Shown: in pieces, positions 31,801-39,262 of the stretch
Numbering within the stretch: position 1 is the first letter of the stretch
How the letters are laid out: each line of letters opens with the position of its first letter
Assembly: GCA_964448115.1 (NCBI GenBank)
Contig: CAYUVA010000002.1
Location: forward strand, 1 to 64,000
Direction: 5' to 3'
Source: an uncultured bacterium
Lineage (GTDB): Bacteria > CAYUVA01
DNA length: 64,000 nt
Position numbers and translations under genes: made by a program
Notes under the pieces: generated by a model
What the model saw: only the letters and a program-made list of their open reading frames with translations
What the model was told of the DNA's origin: nothing
The model's database searches: none

Positions 31801-31961
31801 ACAATGGCATGGGCGGCGACTGGGCTGCCGGAGATAACCTATACACTTTCAAGGCAAATCTAACTGCCGGGGCGCCAGTGGGGGATTATCTGCTCGAGGT
31901 TGTCGCCCGTGATGCCAACGGCAACTATAGCGACCTTTTCCCGTACCTGGTGATCAGGTAA
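28899..31961 (+). CDS. Secreted protein: ~11 prenyltransferase/squalene-cyclase repeats, Pro/Thr linker, FN3, two C-terminal Ig-like domains
   Basis: Signal peptide; repeated (C/H)QxxDGGF...TY.A...L..LG; PTPT linker; 'YQYRVKARD' FN3. Confidence 0.8.
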   Translation: MNMQASKIYIIALLMVLGYVFSVQAGNYPFTHDQMYSDIMSFRNGNGAFDASQMTYNDYCVHGLRLLQRVPNYQEDLIVWIQSCQNPDGGFGEYPGATSDMTSTYFAIHSLKVLGASVLDPEAARNFIDSCQVMEGDWSWPAGGYAYTPGEGKGYSILEATMYAIWGLRFLGYQPQNLQALIDFINAHQVNDGGFGIMPLPLGSLFPSMAMSCYWGALCCEGLNMEPPDKQAFINFCRSLQLGDGGFEILKGDGNSYTMACYWVIHALNTVNSLPSNLMGAVNYIQGLEKQTGGIRFGKDYSSVDPMSTYMGIFALQLMTFNARYINAHINYFHGCQNQDNAFGPFSGGESAMPHSYYCSLGLSWLGETIFPPTSYINWVMSCEDSFGPFPAGFGYMPGGAGQVKYSHYAYFILDSFGQASQSASYGWVGGCRAPLDPDDPEGEMGGFTSDQDDDNPSLEDTYHGCMVYDIVNKNPGDIEGLTTYVLGCQTESGGFGWDMGKSLASMEHTFHGVMCLNFINAEAADPEGLLNFIMGCHNEDGGFSFRPGYGSSYLDTYYALRSLEVLGELTDDIVQGATNFVAYYWPNMGHGPMADFIGAYILSKGFTPEIPPATPIPSPTFTPYVTPTPTYTPTPAPSVTATGTTPPSPTPTVTPTANPSHTFTATPTPTHSGGGPNAPTIDPQPPCKKGTTNTLSWSDESASGAVEYLIESSIDNFVSIQDESGWITTTQYTFRDLVDGWTYQYRVKARDVNMDESPWSAVVAVKQDNTPPKVLLGGYWDTMLSGASGGKITMMAYVTDPDVDLVRVYYDGADTGLQLNDNGILGDAKAGDNLFTYSTILSGGLPRVSLLLQFVVSDCAGNIGQWPLFSISFDSSAYATGLGERELAELSFERMLGAMIETGRLPGEPGAKGAEPMIYLGGYWDSSVTFEAGGTLMLMVYVVDAQSDVAAVELYFAGQPTGIQLLDNGMGGDWAAGDNLYTFKANLTAGAPVGDYLLEVVARDANGNYSDLFPYLVIR

Positions 31962-31971
31962 CCCCGATTAC

Positions 31972-32784
31972 ATGAGATTAAGCATAGTGGTCTCGGTACA
32001 GGAAGCCTCCTTCGAGGCGGTTGCCTTCAAGGGCGGCTTCACCGACCACATCAAGCGCATCGCTGAGCTAGGCTTCCAGGGAGTGGAACTGGCGGTGCGC
32101 AATCCGCTCGAGGTCGATAGAGGGCTGATAATTGAGACCACAAATAAACATAAACTCGATATCTGCGCTATTGGTACCGGGCAGGCTTACGGCGAGGAGG
32201 GACTTTCTTTAAGCAGCGCTGAGAAATATATCAGCGATGCTGCTGTGGCGCGCTTGAAAGACCACCTGCGCATGGCAAAATCGATGCGGGCTTTCGTAAT
32301 CATCGGCTTGATACGAGGCAAGGCTGGTTCAGCATCAAAGAAGCAGGAAGCGATAAATCGTTTCGCTAATGCAATGCGCAGCCTCGACGAGTATGCCAGG
32401 GGGCTGGGAGTACAACTGGTAATAGAGCCGATAAATCGCTACGAGACAGACCTTTTGCCCACCGTCTCGGAGTGCCTCGATTTCATAAATGCAAATCAAC
32501 TCACCAACACCGGCATTCTGCTCGACACCTTCCACGCCAACATAGAGGAGGCGGATATCTATCAAAGCATACTAGATGCGGGCAATAAGCTGTGGCATGT
32601 CCATGTTGCCGACTCCAATCGCTGGGCGCCGGGATATGGGCATATAGACTTCCTCGGCATAGTCGATACCCTCAGGGAGATCGGATACCAGGGATACCTA
32701 TCAGCCGAGATACTCCCCTACCCGGATCCAATAGCAGCAGCCGAGATGACCATCGAGACCATGAGATCGCTACTTGAGCTGTAG
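31972..32784 (+). CDS. Sugar phosphate isomerase/epimerase (IolO-like, AP-endonuclease-2 TIM barrel)
   Basis: IEPINRYET, LDTFHANIEE, HVADSNRWAPG.GH, SAE. Confidence 0.9.
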   Translation: MRLSIVVSVQEASFEAVAFKGGFTDHIKRIAELGFQGVELAVRNPLEVDRGLIIETTNKHKLDICAIGTGQAYGEEGLSLSSAEKYISDAAVARLKDHLRMAKSMRAFVIIGLIRGKAGSASKKQEAINRFANAMRSLDEYARGLGVQLVIEPINRYETDLLPTVSECLDFINANQLTNTGILLDTFHANIEEADIYQSILDAGNKLWHVHVADSNRWAPGYGHIDFLGIVDTLREIGYQGYLSAEILPYPDPIAAAEMTIETMRSLLEL

Positions 32785-32789
32785 CCTTT

Positions 32790-33503
32790 TTAATCCCTGT
32801 ATAACCAGCTATCGGAGACGAACAGCTCGTAGGTGGCAATACCCCAGCTATAGGTCGGATAGGGGTGGAGGTGCCTCTTTATTATCCCAAGATTGCGTTC
32901 TGCCTCGGATTTAGCCTGCTGATAGAGATCCTGTTTGTTCAACGATTGCTTTGGCTTTGGGCTGGATGGTTCATTGCTTGAGTAATCTCGCTTGAGATTT
33001 AATGGCGCTCGCCTCCAGTCATCGTGCCACAGCGGCGGATTGAGTAGCGCTTCGAAACGCCAGTGATATCCGGGATGCACTATAGCGACCGCATGCACCA
33101 ACTCCCAGCCAGGAGGTCCCTCAACTGCCAAGCCGTATCTCACTCGCGATGAGGGGATCCTGTAGGTAACGCCAGCGCGCACATGGTTATCCATATCCCA
33201 TTGGTTAGGAAATAGGACATTCACATTCCCCCTAGTATCAAAGTCGTAAATAAAGACATGGCAGTCCCGATTAGCACGAAAGTAGAATGTTATCCGCTCG
33301 CCGATGTGGTAAGTGGCTCGGTTAGGTTTATTTGCCCATAGTTTGATCTCGACCGGCAGTGGAGGTATGGGCATGATGCCTATCCTTTGCTCAGCCGGCT
33401 CAATCGGAGTAGCATCATAAGGCTCAAGGGCTTGTATCTCAACGCAGCAAAGTACAACGCAAAGCATTACAAGTGTTACTAGTCGTATCCGAGAGCTTCG
33501 CAT
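32790..33503 (-). CDS. Secreted DUF4384-domain protein
   Basis: 'YHIGERITFYFRANRDCHVFIYD.DT.G.V.VLFPN', 'GPPGWE'. Confidence 0.8.
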   Translation of the reverse strand: MRSSRIRLVTLVMLCVVLCCVEIQALEPYDATPIEPAEQRIGIMPIPPLPVEIKLWANKPNRATYHIGERITFYFRANRDCHVFIYDFDTRGNVNVLFPNQWDMDNHVRAGVTYRIPSSRVRYGLAVEGPPGWELVHAVAIVHPGYHWRFEALLNPPLWHDDWRRAPLNLKRDYSSNEPSSPKPKQSLNKQDLYQQAKSEAERNLGIIKRHLHPYPTYSWGIATYELFVSDSWLYRD

Positions 33504-33566
33504 AATCGACCTCCTTCACAGATAATTAGACGATGACAATCAACCAAATGTTTCATTGAGATTCTC

Positions 33567-35093
33567 CTAAAAGCCGACCGCAAGGTAAGGCCAGAGGTTG
33601 GAGTATTCCATACCTCGATAGCCCAGAAACTGTAGCAACAGCTTCACCGATTCTCTACCCGGCGGGAAGTATATTGTATTCCCATAAATGCAGTCCCCAG
33701 GCGCCTCATCGTTATGCTTTCCATCATCGATAAGCATAATGCCGGTCCGATAGCCATAGTAGATTATCTCCACTCCAGCGCTCTCGCATCCGTGCCCCAA
33801 CATGCATACTGGATAAGCACTTCCACCATAGCCCGAATCGATATTGCTAGCTCCATACCCCCCAAGCAGTATCCGCAAAGGCTCTACCGGCGTTGCCGTG
33901 CTTGTCGGGGACGGGGTTGAGGTGACAGTCGGGGTGGCACTCGGTGTCATAGATGGAGTCCAGGTAAAAAGTGGAGTTGATGTGGGTATATTGGTAGGGG
34001 TTGATGTGGCTGAGGGTGTATTGGTGGGTAGAATCGTATTAGTCCAGGTTGGGGTTTGCGTCTTGGTGTAGTAGGGTGTCAGTGTCATGGTCGGGCTTAG
34101 ACTTGGCGTTCTTGTAGGACTGCTCGTCTTCGTCGGCGTCCTGCTCGGCGTGGCAGTATCGGTAGGGGTTGGAGAGATGTAAGGCGTTGGAGTATCTGTT
34201 GCTGTCGGTGTCTGGCTGGAAGTTGCACTTGGAGATACGGTCGGGGTCTGCGATGCTGTCTGGGTGGGAATGGATGTTGCTGTGCTGGTCGGAGTCTTTG
34301 TGAAGGTGAAGGAGGGTGTTACGGTTGGCGAATATGATGGCGTCGAGGAGGGGCTTGATGTCGGAGTCGGCGATGCGGTCGGGGTCATAGTCGGTGTGAA
34401 AATGGTAATCTCTACCTCATCAGAGTGGGGTCCAAGCTCGCCATAGATATTGAATGGGATGACAATAAACCAATAGGTGTTGCCGGCTTCAGAGCTTAAA
34501 TCGGTAAATGGAGAGTCGGTTCCTATCGCCTTGGATATGTAATAGCCATTGCTCCTACCGTTATGCGGAACTGCCCCGGACGGCTCATCGGCTCGATAAA
34601 CACAATAAGCAAGCCACGGTTTGGTTTCCCAGGTTATCCTAGCCTTGTAGTTCACAACCTCTGCTGAGATCCAGCTCGGAGCCTGCACCGTGTATTCTTG
34701 ATTCAAAATCGTAATGCTACCGCAATGAACGGTTACGCCGGGGATATTGCCTGTGAATTCGCCCTTTTGCCATGGGCTGAACAGGCTAAGAGTATATTCA
34801 GCGTTCTCACCATAGTGCTCGAAGTGAAGGAAATCTACAAACCACCACCCCTTGTCATCTATGATCTTATAACCGCCGTCTGCACCGTTCCCTGGCATGA
34901 ACGAGTCCTCGGTGAGAACCTCAAACGGGAACATGCCGACATAGCAGTAATATGTAACCGTCCCCTCGGCTGGAGCGCTTCCGTCCTGGTTCTCAACCTG
35001 GCAATACGTAATGCCCATAGGCGCCCAGCAGATATCAGGCAGCATGAAGATACCTACTACCACCGTAAGCAAACATGTAATAAAACGCACCAT
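33567..35093 (-). CDS. Secreted protein with an FN3-like domain, ~170-aa Thr/Pro/Ser linker and C-terminal Ig-like domain
   Basis: Signal peptide; TP/SP repeats; C-terminus homologous to those of 28899..31961. Confidence 0.8.
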   Translation of the reverse strand: MVRFITCLLTVVVGIFMLPDICWAPMGITYCQVENQDGSAPAEGTVTYYCYVGMFPFEVLTEDSFMPGNGADGGYKIIDDKGWWFVDFLHFEHYGENAEYTLSLFSPWQKGEFTGNIPGVTVHCGSITILNQEYTVQAPSWISAEVVNYKARITWETKPWLAYCVYRADEPSGAVPHNGRSNGYYISKAIGTDSPFTDLSSEAGNTYWFIVIPFNIYGELGPHSDEVEITIFTPTMTPTASPTPTSSPSSTPSYSPTVTPSFTFTKTPTSTATSIPTQTASQTPTVSPSATSSQTPTATDTPTPYISPTPTDTATPSRTPTKTSSPTRTPSLSPTMTLTPYYTKTQTPTWTNTILPTNTPSATSTPTNIPTSTPLFTWTPSMTPSATPTVTSTPSPTSTATPVEPLRILLGGYGASNIDSGYGGSAYPVCMLGHGCESAGVEIIYYGYRTGIMLIDDGKHNDEAPGDCIYGNTIYFPPGRESVKLLLQFLGYRGMEYSNLWPYLAVGF

Positions 35094-35269
35094 CTACAAG
35101 CAGTATATTAGATCAGAAGCTGAATTTCGATTAATCCCAGGCACTATGTCCAAATTGAAGTTCACAAGAGCCTGATTCCCAAATCCAAGCCGAAAATTCG
35201 GCTTTATCGCTGTCCGTTGAGTTTCAGGGATTGATCTGATAATCTTGATGGTATAAGGGATAGATAGCT

Positions 35270-36400
35270 ATGCACTCCTTGATCATCAAGGCGCCGGCGC
35301 GGATCAACATGCTAGGCAGCGGTGTGGATGGCATTGAGGGCGATTACTACACCCTCACTGGCGCAACCGCTCCCTATTGTACGGTTCACCTCCAGGAGTC
35401 GCAGACCTGGGAGATATTCACATTCCTTCAGGGCTATCAGGAGGTGAATCTAGTTCCCGATGTCCCCCTTAGCGGGGGAGCGCTGATTGCTAGATCGGTC
35501 CTGCTGGCGCTTATGAGGTACTATCCTCTCATGGAGGACTTCATCAAGACCCCGCTGAAGATAAAGCTGAAGTCCGATATCCCCCGCCAATCGGGACTGG
35601 CTGGAAGCACCAGCATGATCGCAGCCATTACGCTCGGAATTAAGCACTGGTTCAGTCTTGATTACGATCATCTTGCCGCGGATATTCAAGAAAAGATCTC
35701 CAACAAGCCTGAATTAATGGATGAAAGGACGCTGAATGCCGAGATATTTACTCGCATAGAACGGAACTACATGGGCGTCATGTGCGGATATGCCGATCGC
35801 TATATAATTAGCTACGGCGGTCTAGCGCTCATCGGCTATGCCGGCAAGCTGTATCACAAGGAGATCGGGGATGAACCGCCGGCGGTCATGGAGCACCTGC
35901 CTGAGATGGAACTCCCTGTGTTCATCATATATAGCGGGCAGCCGCATAGCTCTGGTGATGTGCACGGAAAGCTTAGAGAAATATACATGGAGCATAAAGC
36001 AACAATGGATGAAGGCAGCTCTTATATACTGTCTAAAATGCGAAAGATTGGCCAACATGCCCTGCAGGCTAAGGAGCTTCTACTTGCCAATGACTGGCAG
36101 TCGCTTGGAGAGCTTATCACGGAGAATCACCGTTATATCAACGAGGTGCTGCATGAATCCGACATACCAGGTGGCGCTGGAGAAACCAATAATATGATCC
36201 TGCAAAGGGCAATAAGCATGGGAGCCTATGGAGGGAAGCTGACCGGGGCCGGCGGGGGTGGATCGGTTTTCGTGGTTGTCGATCCCGCTGAATATAACAG
36301 CTTTCGCAAGGGAATGATCGAATATCTACGAAACCGAGGGTACTATTCTGCACAGGTTATCCCATTCAAGCTATCAGGCGCCGCCGAGGTGCTCGAATGA
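35270..36400 (+). CDS. GHMP-family sugar kinase
   Basis: APARIN, IPRQSGLAGS, GKLTGAGGGG. Confidence 0.85.
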   Translation: MHSLIIKAPARINMLGSGVDGIEGDYYTLTGATAPYCTVHLQESQTWEIFTFLQGYQEVNLVPDVPLSGGALIARSVLLALMRYYPLMEDFIKTPLKIKLKSDIPRQSGLAGSTSMIAAITLGIKHWFSLDYDHLAADIQEKISNKPELMDERTLNAEIFTRIERNYMGVMCGYADRYIISYGGLALIGYAGKLYHKEIGDEPPAVMEHLPEMELPVFIIYSGQPHSSGDVHGKLREIYMEHKATMDEGSSYILSKMRKIGQHALQAKELLLANDWQSLGELITENHRYINEVLHESDIPGGAGETNNMILQRAISMGAYGGKLTGAGGGGSVFVVVDPAEYNSFRKGMIEYLRNRGYYSAQVIPFKLSGAAEVLE

Positions 36401-36909
36401 AATTAGTTGCTTTAAGATCTCGCTGTATCCTATATTTTATCATATTATTCGCTGGTAGCTGCCTCTTTGGCTGTACCCTTTGTATTCGTAAACCTTCCAT
36501 AGAGAGACAGGCCTTCGAGACAAGGATACGCGATGGGATCAGCTACTATAAGGGCACTCCCTATCGGTTCGGTGGATGCAGCAAACATGGTATCGATTGC
36601 TCGTGCTATGTAATGAAACTTTACGAAAGAGCGGGAATAAGGATCCCGCGCACGGTCGATGCCCAAAAGCGCGGGGGTAAGAAGGTCGGCAGAGATGATC
36701 TGAAGTTTGGAGATCTGGTCTTTTTCAAGATAGGTAGAAAGTGGCAGTGCCTCTGGCTTTGCAAAAAGGATGAGAACCATGTCGGGTTGTATATCGGCAA
36801 TGGCAGGTTCACGCATGCTTCGGTATCAAAGGGAGTTACCGTAAGCAGGCTGGATGTCGGCTACTGGAACGAACGATATTCGGTGGCAAAAAGGTACTTC
36901 GATAAATAA
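36397..36909 (+). CDS. NlpC/P60 cell-wall peptidase, probably a lipoprotein
   Basis: GTPYRFGG, DCS, GDLVFF, HVGLYIG, HAS. Confidence 0.92.
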   Translation: MKLVALRSRCILYFIILFAGSCLFGCTLCIRKPSIERQAFETRIRDGISYYKGTPYRFGGCSKHGIDCSCYVMKLYERAGIRIPRTVDAQKRGGKKVGRDDLKFGDLVFFKIGRKWQCLWLCKKDENHVGLYIGNGRFTHASVSKGVTVSRLDVGYWNERYSVAKRYFDK

Positions 36910-36913
36910 TACC

Positions 36914-38851
36914 ATGCGATGCGACTATACCCTGAAATTTGAGCTGCCTAGCGGACAGACCTGCCGCAACAGAGCGCTGCAAGGCTCATCAAAATGCGTG
37001 TTTCATACCAAGAACAAGCCACCGGAGCTTCGGGACTTCAAGGGGAGAGACCTGACCAATTTTGATCTGCGCGAGGCTGACCTGTGCGGTTGCGACCTGA
37101 GCAATGCGATCCTGACTGATATGAGCCTGAAGGGTGCTAATTTAAGGGATGCAAACCTGCAAAATGCCGACCTGAGACGCTGCGACCTGGTCGATTGCAT
37201 CTTCGACAGGGCTGACATGGCTGGATGCGATCTGAGCGGTGCCAGATTCGTACTCAAGGATTTAATAAAGGGCAAGATCGATAGAGCCATCTACAGAGAA
37301 CCATCAAAAAGACCTCCCCATTGCCTCCCCGATGGGTACATCTTCGATGATAAGTTCGAGATCCTTGAGCATATCGGCGATGGTAGCTTTGGCTTTGTAT
37401 ATAGGGTGCGAAAGCTGAGGACGAGCAGCATTTATGCGCTTAAGATCCTCAATCCGCAGTGGAATCAGAATGTGAATCTCATGCGACGATTCAAAAGACA
37501 ACAATATGTCATCACGAAAATAGATCACCCCAATGTGGTCAAGATATATGAGGTCGATCAAGGAGAGGGATGTTATTACCTGCTCATGGAATACCTGGAA
37601 GGACGACCGCTTTCGCTTTTGATACAAAGGAAGGAATCGCTGGATAAGATCTCCTTCGAGGGCAAGCTTGGCATATTCCACCAGTCTGTGCTCGCCCTTG
37701 AGGCGCTTAGTAAGAACAAGATCCTTCATCGGGATATCAAGCCATCTAACATCTTCATACTCGATGATCTCCGTGTGAAGCTGCTCGATTTTGAGCTGGC
37801 AAAGCACCTGGATCTTTCCGGCATCACCTCGCAGCAGGCGCCTGGAACGGTTAAATACTGGTCGCCGGAGCATTGGGATTCGGGGCGACTATACAGCGAG
37901 AAGAGCGATATATACAGCCTCGGCTTGAGCATGTATGAGCTATTCACCGGCAGCTTCCCAGTAGAAAAAGAGGATCGACAGTGCCCCTATCGCTGGAGCA
38001 GCCAGAGTACTGAACCGATTAGTCCAAGAGAGATAGATTCCTGCATTCCCCAAGAAATATCTGAGATACTGATAAAATGTATTACTAAGGAAAAGGGGAG
38101 AAGATACACCAAGACGAGCGTTCTGCTTGACGACCTCGCCCGTTTCATCGATAAAAACAAGCCGAATAAGAAGCCTGAGCCAAAAAAGAAGATATCCATT
38201 ATCCCCAAGGTAACCAAACCGCTGCAGGAGCTAATTCTGGTAAAAGGAGGCACCTTTAGACCGATGTCAACCGTGAAAGACGAGAGGGGAGTGGATAGGA
38301 TCATTGTTGTCGAGCTGAAAAGTTTCTACATGGACAAGTACCCGGTTACCAACGAGGAGTATTATCGTTTCCTGACCTCCACGGGAATGAAGCCCCCTAA
38401 ACACTGGAAGGATGGGATCTATCCTATGGAGCTTAAACATCATCCGGTTGTTTATGTTAGCTATCACCAGGCAAAGGCTTATGCGCAATGGGCTGGAAAA
38501 AGGCTACCCAGCGAGTTCGAGTGGGAGCTGGCTGCCTCTGGATACCAAAGATACTCTTATCCATGGGGCAATAACTTTGATCGCCAATACCTCAACTGCG
38601 ACCATGTAATCGGCTCAACCAGCGAGGTGAAGCGTTTCCCAAAGGGGCAAAGCCCGTTCGGCTGTTACGATATGTGCGGGAATGTATGGGAATGGACTGA
38701 TACGCACGGAATATTTTTTCGTAATTATCGAATCGTAAAGGGAGGCTCATGGAAGGAAAAGCCGGATGAGGTCTCCATCGCCATCCGCTTCGAGGTTTCT
38801 CCTAGGACCCAGACCGACTTCATAGGCTTCAGGTGCGTTCGCGATATCTAG
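36914..38851 (+). CDS. Pentapeptide-repeat / Ser-Thr kinase / FGE-sulfatase (SUMF1) fusion
   Basis: A(D/N)L pentapeptides; GDGSFG, ALK, HRDIKPSN; RLPSEFEWE, DMCGNVWEW, GFRCV. Confidence 0.88.
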   Translation: MRCDYTLKFELPSGQTCRNRALQGSSKCVFHTKNKPPELRDFKGRDLTNFDLREADLCGCDLSNAILTDMSLKGANLRDANLQNADLRRCDLVDCIFDRADMAGCDLSGARFVLKDLIKGKIDRAIYREPSKRPPHCLPDGYIFDDKFEILEHIGDGSFGFVYRVRKLRTSSIYALKILNPQWNQNVNLMRRFKRQQYVITKIDHPNVVKIYEVDQGEGCYYLLMEYLEGRPLSLLIQRKESLDKISFEGKLGIFHQSVLALEALSKNKILHRDIKPSNIFILDDLRVKLLDFELAKHLDLSGITSQQAPGTVKYWSPEHWDSGRLYSEKSDIYSLGLSMYELFTGSFPVEKEDRQCPYRWSSQSTEPISPREIDSCIPQEISEILIKCITKEKGRRYTKTSVLLDDLARFIDKNKPNKKPEPKKKISIIPKVTKPLQELILVKGGTFRPMSTVKDERGVDRIIVVELKSFYMDKYPVTNEEYYRFLTSTGMKPPKHWKDGIYPMELKHHPVVYVSYHQAKAYAQWAGKRLPSEFEWELAASGYQRYSYPWGNNFDRQYLNCDHVIGSTSEVKRFPKGQSPFGCYDMCGNVWEWTDTHGIFFRNYRIVKGGSWKEKPDEVSIAIRFEVSPRTQTDFIGFRCVRDI

Positions 38852-39122
38852 CTGTGAAGAATTGATTGATACTCAGCGTCATCTATGCCCTCTCATCCCG
38901 AGCAAATGAGCTTAAGCAAGCAAATGGAAAGGTCGGGGGTGAGGGTCTTTTCCTCTCCCCTATCACTCTATCACCTCTTCTTCGTGCCTTTGTGACTTTG
39001 TGGTTCAATAACTTCGCACCTCGCACTTCGTACACCGTTAGCTATAAGAGCTTTCAAGATTTGGTTACGGCTATGCTGCTTTAGGGTTCTGCTATTCGAT
39101 TTAATTGCAAGAGAGTCTTCCC

Positions 39123-39150
39123 TTGATATTTTTAGCCGCTGTAATAGAAT
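39123..39150 (+). promoter_or_regulatory. Putative sigma70 promoter of the tRNA-Pro operon
   Basis: TTGATA-16 nt-TAGAAT just upstream of the tRNA. Confidence 0.55.
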
Positions 39151-39161
39151 GATATGTGATT

Positions 39162-39235
39162 CGGGGCGTAGCGCAGTTGGCTAGCGCACCAGTTTCGGGT
39201 ACTGGGGGTCGCTGGTTCGAGTCCAGTCGCCCCGA
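39162..39235 (+). tRNA. tRNA-Pro (CGG)
   Basis: CGGGGCGTAGCGCAG...CCAGT-TTCGGGT-ACTGG...GGTTCGAGTCC...CGCCCCGA. Confidence 0.95.
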
Positions 39236-39262
39236 CTTATTGTTGACTTAGGGGTCTAAACA

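Noticed and set aside
33890-34400. Repetitive DNA resembling a tandem array or CRISPR
   Set aside because: It encodes a Thr/Pro/Ser linker with degenerate codons; there is no constant repeat-spacer structure and no cas genes.
35187-35205. Palindrome AAGCCGAAAATTCGGCTT
   Set aside because: Single short hairpin between divergent genes; cannot tell an operator from a chance match.
38200-38851. Diversity-generating retroelement target (FGE/CLec fold)
   Set aside because: No reverse transcriptase or template-repeat copy is in this window; a remote one cannot be excluded.
38866-39084. 72-aa ORF, and likewise 53563..54045, 56459..56677 and 9035..9280
   Set aside because: These run through repeats, promoters or the antisense strand of real genes and show no protein-like motifs.
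8980-39235. Prophage or integrative element at either tRNA
   Set aside because: No integrase, phage genes or duplicated tRNA 3' ends were seen.
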